Made by a program: the position numbers and the translations under genes
NCBI GenBank assembly: GCA_964496645.1
Contig: CAZCAJ010000023.1
Coordinates: 1-54,934 of the forward strand
DNA from: an uncultured Opitutaceae bacterium
GTDB taxonomy: Bacteria > Verrucomicrobiota > Verrucomicrobiia > Opitutales > Opitutaceae
Direction of reading: 5' to 3'
Length of the DNA: 54,934 nt
The notes under the pieces: model-generated
Database searches by the model: none
The model's input: only the letters and a program-made list of their open reading frames with translations
Told to the model about the DNA's origin: nothing
Shown here: one piece after another, positions 1 to 9,444 of the stretch
Layout of the letters: every line of letters begins with the position of its first letter
Numbering within the stretch: position 1 is the first letter of the stretch

Positions 1-1
1 C

Positions 2-154
2 GAGACCAACACGATGCCGCTCCACGTGGAGATCCTCTACAACGAGTACAACATCGTGGGGGCGTTCGCCGTCGCCTCGCTGCTGGCCCTCCTGGCGCTC
101 GCCAGCCTAGTCCTCAAGTCGATTGTCGAATGGAGGCAGGCCGTTCTGCGATGA
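2..154 (+). CDS. cysW: Sulfate/thiosulfate ABC transporter permease CysW, C-terminal fragment (5' end lies outside the window)
   Basis: Frame-2 translation ...[44 protein letters not shown] is a typical CysW C-terminus. Its TGA stop (152-154) overlaps the cysA ATG (151) as ATGA. Confidence 0.75.
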   Translation, partial: ETNTMPLHVEILYNEYNIVGAFAVASLLALLALASLVLKSIVEWRQAVLR

Positions 155-1206
155 GCATCGACGCGCACGGGATCCGCAAGGTGTTCGGGGCCTTTACGGC
201 GCTCGACGGCGTCGACCTGCATGTCCCGCAGGGCAAGCTGGTGGCCGTGCTCGGCCCGTCCGGCTCCGGCAAGACGACGCTCCTAAGGATCATCGCGGGC
301 CTCGAGTTCCCCGATCCGGGCAGCGGCCGGATACTCTTCCACGGCGACGACGTGACCGACATTCCTGCGGGCAGGAGGAGGGTGGGGTTCGTCTTCCAGC
401 ACTACGCCCTCTTCCGGCACATGTCGGTCCTCGACAACGTCGCCTTCGGCCTGAGGGTTCGCCGCCGCCGCACCCGGCCCTCGCGCGCGACGATCCTCGA
501 GCGGGCGCACCGGCTCCTCGAGCTCGTGCAGCTCGACGGGCTGGCCGGGCGCTTCCCCTCGCAGCTGTCCGGAGGGCAGCGCCAGCGGGTGGCGCTCGCC
601 CGGGCGCTCGCCGTCGAGCCCAAGGTGCTCCTGCTGGACGAGCCCTTCGGCGCCCTGGACGCGCGGGTGCGCAAGGAGTTGCGGCGCTGGCTGCGCCGAT
701 TCCACGACGACATCCAGCTGACGACGATATTCGTGACCCACGACCAGGAGGAGGCCCTGGAGATCGCCGACGAGGTGGTCATCATGAACCAGGGCCGCGT
801 CGAGCAGGTCGGGACCCCGCAGCAGGTCTACGACAGGCCCGCGTCGCCGTTCGTCTACCAGTTCCTCGGGAACGTGAACGTGCTGCGCGCCCCCGCGCTC
901 GCCGTGGCGTCACGCGGGGGCGGCCCGGCCGCCCAGGCCGTGTCGGACGGCCGGATCTACGTGCGCCCCCACGACATCGAGCTCACGCCGCACGACGCGG
1001 GCGGACCGGGGCTCTCGGCGATAGTCCGGCACATCCACGCGGCGGGCCCGCACGCGAGGCTCCTCCTGGAGCAGGTGCAGACGCGCGAGCCGGTCGAGGT
1101 CGAGATCTCGCGGTCCGAGCTCTCCGGGCTCGGCCTGAGTGTCAACGACCTCGTGCGCATGCGCCTCAGGCAGGCCCATTCCTTCGAGGAGGACTACGCG
1201 ATCTAG
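151..1206 (+). CDS. cysA: Sulfate/thiosulfate import ATP-binding protein CysA (ABC ATPase with a C-terminal TOBE-like domain)
   Basis: Walker [10 protein letters not shown], signature [15 protein letters not shown], Walker [12 protein letters not shown] and H-loop VTHD. Start chosen at [12 protein letters not shown] (ATG 151) rather than the track ATG at 130 because it overlaps the cysW stop and matches the usual CysA N-terminus. Confidence 0.9.
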   Translation: MSIDAHGIRKVFGAFTALDGVDLHVPQGKLVAVLGPSGSGKTTLLRIIAGLEFPDPGSGRILFHGDDVTDIPAGRRRVGFVFQHYALFRHMSVLDNVAFGLRVRRRRTRPSRATILERAHRLLELVQLDGLAGRFPSQLSGGQRQRVALARALAVEPKVLLLDEPFGALDARVRKELRRWLRRFHDDIQLTTIFVTHDQEEALEIADEVVIMNQGRVEQVGTPQQVYDRPASPFVYQFLGNVNVLRAPALAVASRGGGPAAQAVSDGRIYVRPHDIELTPHDAGGPGLSAIVRHIHAAGPHARLLLEQVQTREPVEVEISRSELSGLGLSVNDLVRMRLRQAHSFEEDYAI

Positions 1207-1259
1207 GGCCCCGTCCGCCAGCTTTACCCAAGAAACAGAAACTCAAACCCACAACCCAA

Positions 1260-2243
1260 ATGGCCAAGATATACAACGACATCACCGAGACGATCGGCAA
1301 CACGCCGCTCGTCCGCCTCAACCGGACCGCGGCCGCCCACGGGGCGCAGGCGGAGATCCTCCTGAAGCTCGAATTCTTCAACCCGCTTTCGAGCGTCAAG
1401 GACCGGATCGGGTACGCGATGATTGACGACGCGCTCAAGAGCGGACGCATCAACAAGGACACCGTCCTCATCGAGCCGACGAGCGGCAACACGGGGATCG
1501 CGCTCGCGTTCGTGGCGGCCGCCCGCGGGCTGAAGCTGGTCCTGACGATGCCCGAGACGATGACGACCGAGCGCCGGAAGATCCTCAAGGTCCTCGGTGC
1601 CCGCCTGGTCCTCACCGAGGGCGCGAAGGGGATGAAGGGGGCCATCGCCAAGGCGGAGGAGCTCTCAACGAAGATCCCGAACAGCGTCATCCTCCAGCAG
1701 TTCTCCAACCCGTCCAACCCGGCCATCCACCGCCGCACCACGGCGGAGGAGATCTGGAAAGACACCGACGGAAAGGTCGACATCGTCGTGTCCGGAATAG
1801 GCACAGGGGGCACCATCACGGGCATTGGGGAGGTCATCAAGCCGCGCAAGGCGTCGTTCAGGCTGGTCGCCGTCGAGCCGGCGGGTTCGCCGATCCTCTC
1901 TGGTGGGCAGCCCGGGCCGCACAAGCTCCAGGGGCTGGGCGCCGGATTCGTGCCGGCCGTCCTGAACACCAAGATCTACGACGAGGTGATCACGGTGAAG
2001 GAGGACGACGCCGCCCCGCTGGCCAAGCAGATCGCGAAGCTGGACGGAATCCCGGTCGGGATCTCCTCGGGCGCCGCGGTCTGGGCCGCCATCCAGGTCG
2101 CCAAGAGGCCCCAGAACAAGGGCAAGCAGATCGTCGTGATCATCCCCTCGTCGGCCGAGCGCTACCTCTCGTCGTGGCTCTTCGCCGACCTGGGCGTCGA
2201 GAGCGACTCGATCGACGACCTTCTGCCACCGGCCAAGGCCTGA
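1260..2243 (+). CDS. cysK: Cysteine synthase A (O-acetylserine sulfhydrylase)
   Basis: PLP-lysine motif [16 protein letters not shown] and [10 protein letters not shown] loops; 327 aa; sits directly downstream of cysWA. Confidence 0.92.
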   Translation: MAKIYNDITETIGNTPLVRLNRTAAAHGAQAEILLKLEFFNPLSSVKDRIGYAMIDDALKSGRINKDTVLIEPTSGNTGIALAFVAAARGLKLVLTMPETMTTERRKILKVLGARLVLTEGAKGMKGAIAKAEELSTKIPNSVILQQFSNPSNPAIHRRTTAEEIWKDTDGKVDIVVSGIGTGGTITGIGEVIKPRKASFRLVAVEPAGSPILSGGQPGPHKLQGLGAGFVPAVLNTKIYDEVITVKEDDAAPLAKQIAKLDGIPVGISSGAAVWAAIQVAKRPQNKGKQIVVIIPSSAERYLSSWLFADLGVESDSIDDLLPPAKA

Positions 2244-2294
2244 CCCGCGCGGGCGCCCCGCCCCGGCCCTCGCCCGGGCTGCGGCGGGGCCCCC

Positions 2295-3539
2295 TCACTT
2301 CCCGCGGGCGGGAAGGGGCATCACCCAGCCGGGCGGGTTCACGGGGACGACCACGCGCTCCCCGGCGCGGATCCTGGGGGCGTAGCGGCTCCAGTGCATG
2401 TCCGCATAGGCGGGCTCGCGGTCCCTCGGGGCGTTCGCCAGGAGCCCGATGACCACGAGGGCCGCGGCCGCCCTCCCGGCCCGGCCCCCTTCGTCCGCCG
2501 TGACGAGGAGCAGCCATATCGCGACCAGCTGCGGGATGAAGACGTACCGCGCGTGTGCCAGCGGCTCGAAGTACTCGCCAAGCGTGTATCGCGTCCTGAC
2601 GAAGGCCCCGAGGAGCATCGCTGCGAACGCGAGACCCAGGAGGGCCCGCTCCGCCCGGAGCCTGCCGGGCCTGAAGGCCATGTATCCCACCCCCGCGAGG
2701 GTGGCGACGCCCGCGACGGTCCCGATGACAACGTCCGTCTCGGGGGCCATGAGCGAGCCGAGGACGATGGAGGCGCCTATCCTGCGCGCGACCGCGGGAA
2801 GGAAGAGCCGGGCCGCGATCGTGTGAGCCGCGTGGGGATCCCCGGGAAACGGGGGCTCGACGAGGACCAGGGCGAGCTGGACGACGGCGCAGGCGGCGAC
2901 GATGGCCGCGAGGACAAGGCTGGCGCGCGTCCTTCGGCTCCACGCCCGCCAGGCGAACAGCGGGGCGAGGATGATGCAGAACGGGCCGGTCAGGCCCAGG
3001 AGCGCTGCGGCGGCGACGTCGTGGGCCCACTGGCCCGCGCGCCCCGGGTCGCGCGAGACAAGGAGCAGGATCAGGCCGGCCGCCAGCACCCACTGGAGGT
3101 TCACCACGTTGAGGAACACCTCGTACGTGTCGGGGACGAGGACGACGGCGAGGGCGCAGGCGCCGGCGAAGCGGGGGAGGGGGCAGCGCCGCGACAGCGT
3201 CCGGGCCGCGACATAGAGCGTGGCGGCGCCCGAGGACGCCACGAAGATCGCCGGCGCGCGGGCGGGGTCGATCGCCACCGAGGCCTGCGCGATCATCCGC
3301 AGGACCGTGTGGAGGTACCCGGCGAACGGCTCGAGGAATGCCTTCCAGCCGAACACGTAGGCCCGCTCGAAGAAATAGGCGTCCTCGGCCCAGAACTGGG
3401 GGTTCGTCAGCGCCTCGGCCCGGCGCAGGCCGAGGATGACCGCGCACGCCGCGAGGACCGCGGCCGCCGGGGGATCGGCGAGGAGGCGCGAGAGCCGCTC
3501 GCGCGCCGTCAGGGCGCGGCTTGGGAGGACCTCGACCAT
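2295..3539 (-). CDS. Polytopic integral membrane protein of unknown function (about 414 aa, at least 9 predicted TM helices), last gene of the caa3 oxidase operon
   Basis: Long hydrophobic ORF. Internal ATG at 3539 (MVEVLPSRAL...) chosen as start because upstream in-frame sequence is Arg/Pro-rich low-complexity. It overlaps the ctaG stop by 31 nt on the same strand. Motif NPQFWAEDAYFFERAY lies in loop 1. Confidence 0.55.
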   Translation of the reverse strand: MVEVLPSRALTARERLSRLLADPPAAAVLAACAVILGLRRAEALTNPQFWAEDAYFFERAYVFGWKAFLEPFAGYLHTVLRMIAQASVAIDPARAPAIFVASSGAATLYVAARTLSRRCPLPRFAGACALAVVLVPDTYEVFLNVVNLQWVLAAGLILLLVSRDPGRAGQWAHDVAAAALLGLTGPFCIILAPLFAWRAWSRRTRASLVLAAIVAACAVVQLALVLVEPPFPGDPHAAHTIAARLFLPAVARRIGASIVLGSLMAPETDVVIGTVAGVATLAGVGYMAFRPGRLRAERALLGLAFAAMLLGAFVRTRYTLGEYFEPLAHARYVFIPQLVAIWLLLVTADEGGRAGRAAAALVVIGLLANAPRDREPAYADMHWSRYAPRIRAGERVVVPVNPPGWVMPLPARGK

Positions 3540-4294
3540 TTGAAGAAGCAGACTCCGAGCACGGTCAGCGACACGGCCATTCCCACGGATTTCATGATGA
3601 TGCCGGCAAGCAGCTGGTCGTCGGCGGGCGTGAACCCGGCGATCAGCCTCGGCGCATACTCGTAGGTCGGATAGAGAATGTCGCGCGAAAACACGATGTA
3701 GGCCGAGACCGGGATCATGGCGATCTCGGTCCCGACCGCGTAGAGCATGCGCACCCCGTAGCCCGGCGACGGAAAGGCCGCCGAGGGGCTCGCGAGCGGC
3801 CACCAGTACAGGAGCGACGCCGCGAGGAACATGAGGTGCTCGCCGACGTGGGCCAGCTTGTCCTGGAGCGTCCACTCGTAGAGCGCCGGCACGTGCCAGA
3901 GGCTTATGACCGCCGTCGAGACGACCGCGCAGGCGAAGGGGCTGAGGAGCATCCGCAGCGGCGTGCGCAGCACGGGCCGGGATAGGACCGGGTCCGCCAT
4001 CCAGGCCGGGGTCCCCAGCAGGATGAGCAGCGGCACCGGGTACATGATGAGCAGGTGCTGCGCCATGTGCGCCGACAGCAGGAAGCGCTCGCCGACCTGG
4101 TCGAGCGGCGAGCCGACGGCGAGGTAGAAGATGGCTAGCGCGCCGTAGAACCCGACCGCCTGCCCGCGCGGGAAGGGCCTCCCGGGAGCGAGCATCGCCC
4201 TCAGGGGCCCGGCAAGGATCGCGTAGAGCCAGCCGGCGAGGATGAGGCCGCCCGTCAGGAACGGCTCGTTGTGCCAGTGCCGCCAGTCGATCAT
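3509..4294 (-). CDS. ctaG: Cytochrome c oxidase caa3-type assembly factor CtaG (Caa3_CtaG family membrane protein)
   Basis: 261 aa multi-TM protein; MAQHLLIMYPVPLL and WHVPALYEW motifs are typical of Bacillus-type CtaG; located after the subunit genes in the operon. Confidence 0.75.
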   Translation of the reverse strand: MIDWRHWHNEPFLTGGLILAGWLYAILAGPLRAMLAPGRPFPRGQAVGFYGALAIFYLAVGSPLDQVGERFLLSAHMAQHLLIMYPVPLLILLGTPAWMADPVLSRPVLRTPLRMLLSPFACAVVSTAVISLWHVPALYEWTLQDKLAHVGEHLMFLAASLLYWWPLASPSAAFPSPGYGVRMLYAVGTEIAMIPVSAYIVFSRDILYPTYEYAPRLIAGFTPADDQLLAGIIMKSVGMAVSLTVLGVCFFKWSRSSQAAP

Positions 4295-4327
4295 CTTTTC
4301 GCCCGGACGGCCGGCCGGGCGGCCGGT

Positions 4328-4693
4328 TCAGGCGGCCCTGGCGGCCATCGCCGGAGGGGCCGCCGCCGCGAGCGGCTTGCTTGCGTCAGCCCCGAAGAGC
4401 TTGAGGAGCGCGATCATCGTCCCGGCCGCGAGGACGAGGCCGATGAAGAACAGGATCGTGCAGAACGCCCTGTCCCAGCGCAGGTGCATGAAATAGAAGA
4501 TGACGAACATGAACTTCACGGTCGAGAGGACGACCAGCACCGAGAACAGGATCCACCTCATGAAGGGCAGGTAGACGGTGACGAGCTCAAGGCCCGTGAT
4601 GACGGCGAGGAGCATCGCTATCTGGACGAAGATCCAGAACTTGCTCTGCTCGAGCTCGTGGCCCTGGGAGGGGGCTGCTGCGTGGGTGCTCAT
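4328..4693 (-). CDS. ctaF: Cytochrome c oxidase subunit IV (prokaryotic CoxD/CtaF type)
   Basis: 121 aa protein with 3 TM helices; the ...FMFVIFYFMHLRW... region is typical of bacterial aa3/caa3 subunit IV; lies between subunit III and ctaG. Confidence 0.7.
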   Translation of the reverse strand: MSTHAAAPSQGHELEQSKFWIFVQIAMLLAVITGLELVTVYLPFMRWILFSVLVVLSTVKFMFVIFYFMHLRWDRAFCTILFFIGLVLAAGTMIALLKLFGADASKPLAAAAPPAMAARAA

Positions 4694-4717
4694 GTCGGCA
4701 TTCGGCGTTGGAGGGGG

Positions 4718-5338
4718 TCAGATGTACTCGAGCAGGTACACGGCCGTGAAGATCACGATCCAGACGATGTCGACGAAGTGCCAGTACAGGCCCATCGACT
4801 CGACGTCTATCGCCTCCTTCTCGGTCAGCCGGCCCGTGAACGAGTAAAGGAGCATCCCGCTGAGCCAGATCACGCCCACGAGCACGTGGAGGCCGTGCGT
4901 CCCGGTCAGGGTGAAGAACGTGGTGCCGAGGATGCTGTTCGTGATCGTCAGGTGCTTCTCGTACACGAAGTTCCTGAACTCGTAGACCTGGCACCCGAGG
5001 AAGATGCACCCGAAGAAGATCGTCGTCAGCAGCGACCAGCGCATGCTCTTCAGGTTCCCCTTCTGGATCGCGTTGACGGCGAGCGCCATCATCAGGGACG
5101 ACATGAGCAGGATGAAGGTCGAGAACGACGTCAGCTCGATGCTGAAGACCTGCCTTGCCGGCGGGGTCCCCGGGGGCGGGTGAAGCCGGTAGATCAGGTG
5201 CGTCGAGATGAGGCAGCCGAAGAACATGCAGTCCGAGGCGAGGAAGGCCCACATGAGGACCTTCTTGTTCGGGATCCCGGTCGAGGTGGTCGGATCGAAA
5301 TGGTGGTCGATCGTGGCTGTCGCCGCATCGCTGCTCAT
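4718..5338 (-). CDS. ctaE: Cytochrome c oxidase subunit III
   Basis: 206 aa; conserved HHFDP, WAFLASDCMFFG and FTLTGTHGLHVLVG motifs. Confidence 0.9.
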   Translation of the reverse strand: MSSDAATATIDHHFDPTTSTGIPNKKVLMWAFLASDCMFFGCLISTHLIYRLHPPPGTPPARQVFSIELTSFSTFILLMSSLMMALAVNAIQKGNLKSMRWSLLTTIFFGCIFLGCQVYEFRNFVYEKHLTITNSILGTTFFTLTGTHGLHVLVGVIWLSGMLLYSFTGRLTEKEAIDVESMGLYWHFVDIVWIVIFTAVYLLEYI

Positions 5339-5369
5339 GGGGATTGGGTCGGCCGGGGGCCTCGGCTCC

Positions 5370-7361
5370 TCAGTGGTTTGACGGGTAGCCGCCGTGGGCG
5401 TCGTCGCCCGTCACGGTGCCGTCCTTGTCCAGGTGGATGTGGGTGCCTTCGCAGCCCTCGAGCGACCAGAGGACGATCGAGACGAACATGATCGCCCCTC
5501 CCGCCAGCGTGACGGCGATCTTCGGGCCCCAGAACCCGGGGTAAAGGTTGTGGTCGGCAGGGTCGACGATGGCCGTGCCGATCGCGCCGATCATGATGCC
5601 GACGCCCGCGAGGAACGGGTAGATCGACTGGAACGGCATGTGTATCCCCCCATGCGCCTCCTCGGCCTTCGCGTGTTCCTCTTCCTCCCTCGAGACCTCG
5701 TCCGCGTGGCGCTTCTCGTACCACCAGCCGTCGCGCGCGTGGATCGTCGGTATCACCCGGAAATTGTACTCGGGGACCGGGTTCGGGAGGCTCCACTCGA
5801 GCGTCCGTGCGTCCCACGGGTCCTTGCCGGTGCGCTCGCCCCTGTAGTACGTGTAGACCATGGTGACGAGGTAGACCCCGATCCCGCCGGCTAGGATGAA
5901 CGCCCCCACCGATGAGATCATGTTCCCCAGGTTCCAGCCCATGTTCCCGTCGTAGGTGTACGTGCGCCGGGGCATGCCCTCGAGGCCCAGGAAGTGCATG
6001 GGGAAGAACGTCGCGTTGAAGCCGATGAAAACCAGCCAGAACGACGCCTTGCCCCAGAGCTCGCTCACCTTGCGGCCGAACATGAGCGGGAACCAGTAGT
6101 GTATACCCGCCAGGAGGGCGAAGAGCGATCCGCCGATGAGGACGTAGTGGAAGTGGGCGACGACGAAATAGCTTCCGTGCTGCTGCATGTCGGCGGGCGC
6201 CGCGGCGTGCATGACCCCGGAGAAGCCGCCTATCATGAACATCCACAGGAACCCGAGGGCGAACATCATCGGGGTGCGCATGCTCAGGTGGCCCCCCCAG
6301 AGCGTGCCTATCCAGTTGAATATCTTGACGCCCGTCGGCACGGCGATCGCCATCGTCATCAGCGCGAAGGCCGCGTTGGCCACCGTGCCCAGGCCGGAGG
6401 TGAACATGTGGTGGCTCCAGACGCCGAAGCCGAGCAGGCCGATGCTTGCGCCGGAGAAGACGACGATGGGGTACCCGAACAGGGGCTTCCTGGAGAATGT
6501 CGGCAGGATCTCCGAGATGATCCCCATCGCCGGGAGGATGAGGATGTACACCTCCGGATGCCCGAATATCCAGAACAGGTGCTGCCAGAGGATCGGCATG
6601 CCGCCGTTGGAGACCTCGAAGAAGTTCGTGCCGAAGAGCCGGTCCATCATGATCTCCACGAGGGCGATCGTGATCGCGGGGAAGGAGAGGATGATCAGGA
6701 ACGAGGTGAAGAGCGTCATCCAGGTGAACACGGGCAGCCGCATCATGGTCATACCCGGCGCGCGCATGTTGATGATCGTGACGATGAAGTTGAGCGCGGC
6801 CGCGATGGAGGCCACCCCGAGCAGCTGCAGCCCCATGACCCACATGTCGATCGCATGGGTCGGGCTGAACGCCCTCGTCGTGAGCGGGGCGTAGCCGACC
6901 CACCCGGCGTTGGGCACGCCGTCCTTCATGAACCAGCCGAGGTTCACGATGATCGCGCCCACGAGGAACGTCCAGTACGAGAACGCGTTCAGCCGCGGGA
7001 AGGCCACGTCGCGCGCCCCGATCTGGAGCGGCATCACGAAGTTGAAGAACGCCGCCCCGATGGGCATGACGACGAGGAAGATCATCGTCGTCCCGTGCAT
7101 CGTGAACATCTCGCTGTACTGCGCCGACGTGAGGAACGTGTTGTTCGGGACCGCGAGCTGGATGCGGATGAGCAGCGCCTCGATCCCCCCCATGACGAGG
7201 AAGAAGAGCCCGGAGGCGCCGTAGAGGAACCCGATCCGCTTGTGGTCGACCGTGGTCAGCCAGCTCAGGAGGCCCGTCTTTGCCGTCGGGCGCCAGAGGA
7301 CGAGGGGCTTCGCGGGCTGCTGGCCCTTCGCGAGGAAGTCGGACTTGGCAATGGCTTCCAT
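5370..7361 (-). CDS. ctaD: Cytochrome c oxidase subunit I (heme-copper oxidase catalytic subunit) with an extra C-terminal extension of about 150 aa containing 2 TM helices
   Basis: WLTTVDHKRIGFLY, GHPEVYILILP, and the HHMF and HFHYV histidine ligand motifs. Start at MEAIAKSD (ATG 7361); the upstream in-frame Arg-rich 90 aa is judged non-coding. The C-terminal tail ends His-rich (HIHLDKDGTVTGDDAHGGYPSNH). Confidence 0.9.
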   Translation of the reverse strand: MEAIAKSDFLAKGQQPAKPLVLWRPTAKTGLLSWLTTVDHKRIGFLYGASGLFFLVMGGIEALLIRIQLAVPNNTFLTSAQYSEMFTMHGTTMIFLVVMPIGAAFFNFVMPLQIGARDVAFPRLNAFSYWTFLVGAIIVNLGWFMKDGVPNAGWVGYAPLTTRAFSPTHAIDMWVMGLQLLGVASIAAALNFIVTIINMRAPGMTMMRLPVFTWMTLFTSFLIILSFPAITIALVEIMMDRLFGTNFFEVSNGGMPILWQHLFWIFGHPEVYILILPAMGIISEILPTFSRKPLFGYPIVVFSGASIGLLGFGVWSHHMFTSGLGTVANAAFALMTMAIAVPTGVKIFNWIGTLWGGHLSMRTPMMFALGFLWMFMIGGFSGVMHAAAPADMQQHGSYFVVAHFHYVLIGGSLFALLAGIHYWFPLMFGRKVSELWGKASFWLVFIGFNATFFPMHFLGLEGMPRRTYTYDGNMGWNLGNMISSVGAFILAGGIGVYLVTMVYTYYRGERTGKDPWDARTLEWSLPNPVPEYNFRVIPTIHARDGWWYEKRHADEVSREEEEHAKAEEAHGGIHMPFQSIYPFLAGVGIMIGAIGTAIVDPADHNLYPGFWGPKIAVTLAGGAIMFVSIVLWSLEGCEGTHIHLDKDGTVTGDDAHGGYPSNH

Positions 7362-7369
7362 CGGGCGGC

Positions 7370-8635
7370 TCACTTGAGGCTCTCGAGGAAGGCGACCAGG
7401 GCGTCCTCGTCGGCGGGCGTCAGCTTGATGCTGTTCGCGAGGTACCCGTTCACCCACATCTTGTTGCCGGGCTTCACCTCGTTCGGGGCGTGGATCCAGC
7501 GGTGGAGCTCGTCGCGGTTGTTCTCGAGGAGGCCCCCGGCGATCGTCGTGCGCGCGCCGACGTGGGTGAGCTCGGGCCCCTGGATCCCGACGGCGCCGTC
7601 CAGCCCGCGGATCGTGTGGCAGCTGGCGCAAGTCTTAGACACGAAAAGGCCGCGGCCCTTCGCGATCAGGGCCGGATCCTCGTCCTTCCCGGGAAGCTGC
7701 TGCGCCCGCCAGGCGTCGAGCGGGGACACGTCGAACTTGTCGGTGTAGCCCGGCTCGTTCCGGCGGAACTCGCGGTAGGCGGCAAACTGCGCCCTCGGGG
7801 GGGCCCCGGCGGAGGCGACCGCGGCGGGGACGCCGCGGGCGGGCGCCGCCTGCGCGCTGAGCCAGTCGTAGAATTCCCTCGGGCTGAGCGCGATCACGCG
7901 GAACCGCATCACCGCATGCGACTCGCCGCAGAACTCCGCGCACTGCCCCCAGAAATACCCGGGCTTCTCCGCCTTGATCCAGAGGGAGTTGCCGCGGTTG
8001 GGCACCATGTCCACCTTGCCGGCGAGCTTGGGGACCCAGAAGCTGTGGATGACGTCGACCGTGCGCAGGTTGACGTGGACCGGCCGGCCGGCCGGGATCA
8101 CGAGCTCGGAGCCCGTCGTCAGCGGGGCGCTGACGAGCTTGCCCGTCGCGTCGGGCGCCTGGGCCGTCTCGTTTGGATAGTCGAACTTGAACCACCACTG
8201 GTAGCCGGTGGCCGTGACCTCGTACGCGTCGGCCCTCTCGGCCTCCGGGACGTCGTAGGTGTACCAGACGCCCTTGAGGGTGGGGATGGCGATGATGACC
8301 AGCGAGAACACGGAGGCCGCGATCAGGCTCACCTCCACTACCGGGTTGCCGTGGTGCTGCTCGGGCGGCTCGGCGTGCTCGTCGGAATCGCTGCGGGCCC
8401 TGAACCTGATCATCGCGTAGGCCAGGGCGCTGCCGACCAGGATGAAGATCGCCAGCGTCACCCAGCACGTGACGTAGAACAGGTCCAGCTGCTCGCGCGC
8501 GACCGGGCCGTTGGGATCGAAGGTCGACTGCGGGCCGTCCAGCCAGAAGCATCCCGACAGGAGCGGCAAGGCGGCTAGGGCCGCGGCCGAGACGGCCCGT
8601 CGGAGGAGGCGGGTGGGAGGGTCCTTTAAACGCAT
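7370..8635 (-). CDS. ctaC: Cytochrome c oxidase subunit II with fused C-terminal mono-heme cytochrome c domain (caa3-type CtaC), lipoprotein
   Basis: CuA motif H...CAEFCGESHAVM; C-terminal CASCH heme-binding motif; N-terminal lipoprotein signal ...ALPLLSGC. Start at MRLKDPP (ATG 8635) preferred over the upstream ATG at 8704. Confidence 0.88.
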   Translation of the reverse strand: MRLKDPPTRLLRRAVSAAALAALPLLSGCFWLDGPQSTFDPNGPVAREQLDLFYVTCWVTLAIFILVGSALAYAMIRFRARSDSDEHAEPPEQHHGNPVVEVSLIAASVFSLVIIAIPTLKGVWYTYDVPEAERADAYEVTATGYQWWFKFDYPNETAQAPDATGKLVSAPLTTGSELVIPAGRPVHVNLRTVDVIHSFWVPKLAGKVDMVPNRGNSLWIKAEKPGYFWGQCAEFCGESHAVMRFRVIALSPREFYDWLSAQAAPARGVPAAVASAGAPPRAQFAAYREFRRNEPGYTDKFDVSPLDAWRAQQLPGKDEDPALIAKGRGLFVSKTCASCHTIRGLDGAVGIQGPELTHVGARTTIAGGLLENNRDELHRWIHAPNEVKPGNKMWVNGYLANSIKLTPADEDALVAFLESLK

Positions 8636-8862
8636 TTGTGCAGTCGCAACTGAGCGGCGCCCCGAGGGGGGGCCGACAGAACGCGAAGTACAGTCAGCGA
8701 ACATCCGGGCATTTCAAGCCATATTCGGACAGATTTTTCGCCTCCAAGCCAAGCGGAGCCGCCCCGTCCGGCCCCGGGGGCGGACGTTCCGGCACCGCCG
8801 GGCCCTCGCCGCGAGTGTTTCGATTTGCGATTGGGGCCGGCCTGGGCGAGCGTTTCCGCCCG

Positions 8863-9345
8863 ATGAATACACGACTTCTTCTCCTCACTGCTGTTGTCTC
8901 AATTGTCGCTTCCGGCTGCGGCCAGAAGGACTCGTCGACGGCGGGCGCGGCGACCCCGGCCGGACCCCGCGAGATAGACATCACGGCGGGAGACACGATG
9001 AAGTACAGCATCACGGCGATAGAGGCCAAGCCGGGCGAGGACATCAAGGTGGTCCTGACGAACACCGGCACGCAGCCGAAGGAGGTCATGGGTCACAACT
9101 GGATCCTCCTGAAGGCGGGTTCCGACGTCGCGGCGTTTGACGCGGCCGCCCTCAACTCTAAGGACACCGGCTACGTCCCCGCCGCGCTCAGCGACGAGAT
9201 CATCGCCCACATCGACCTCCTGGGGCCCCGCAAGTCGGGCGAGATCGAGTTCCAGGCGCCCACGACGCCGGGCGACTACAACTTCCTGTGCACGTTCCCG
9301 GCCCACTACCAGGCGGGGATGAAGGGCGTGCTCACCGTCAAGTGA
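8863..9345 (+). CDS. Azurin-like type-1 (blue) copper protein, lipoprotein
   Basis: Lipobox IVASGC; the azurin signature MGHNW(I/V)L and C-terminal FLCTFPAHYQAGMKGVLTVK match the azurin Cys/His/Met ligand set; divergent from ctaC. Confidence 0.85.
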   Translation: MNTRLLLLTAVVSIVASGCGQKDSSTAGAATPAGPREIDITAGDTMKYSITAIEAKPGEDIKVVLTNTGTQPKEVMGHNWILLKAGSDVAAFDAAALNSKDTGYVPAALSDEIIAHIDLLGPRKSGEIEFQAPTTPGDYNFLCTFPAHYQAGMKGVLTVK

Positions 9346-9444
9346 CGGCCGCCTGCCGGCCCCGGGGCGCGGGCTGAGGGCGCCCCCGTTGGGTCCGAAT
9401 GCCTTTGCCGCCCCGGGGCGGCCGCGTCAGCGTAGGGCGACACC

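Noticed and set aside
130-150. Track start of cysA at ATG 130 ([11 protein letters not shown]...)
   Set aside because: ATG 151 overlaps the cysW stop (ATGA) and gives the canonical CysA N-terminus; the 7 extra residues are probably read-through of the cysW 3' end.
2140-3665. ORFs 2140..3447 (minus strand, 435 aa), 2394..3665 (plus strand, 423 aa) and 2339..2731 (minus strand) overlapping the membrane protein gene
   Set aside because: Arg/Gly/Pro-rich with no domain signal. The hydrophobic frame (2295..3539, minus strand) is the only one with protein-like composition.
5335-7748. Long ORFs antisense to, or in alternative frames of, ctaD and ctaC (5335..6903 minus strand, 522 aa; 5994..7748 plus strand, 584 aa; 7280..8578 plus strand; 7635..8552 minus strand)
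   Set aside because: Translations are Arg/Pro/Gly/His-rich low complexity, typical of off-frame reading of 70% GC DNA. The in-frame oxidase subunits explain the region with strong homology.
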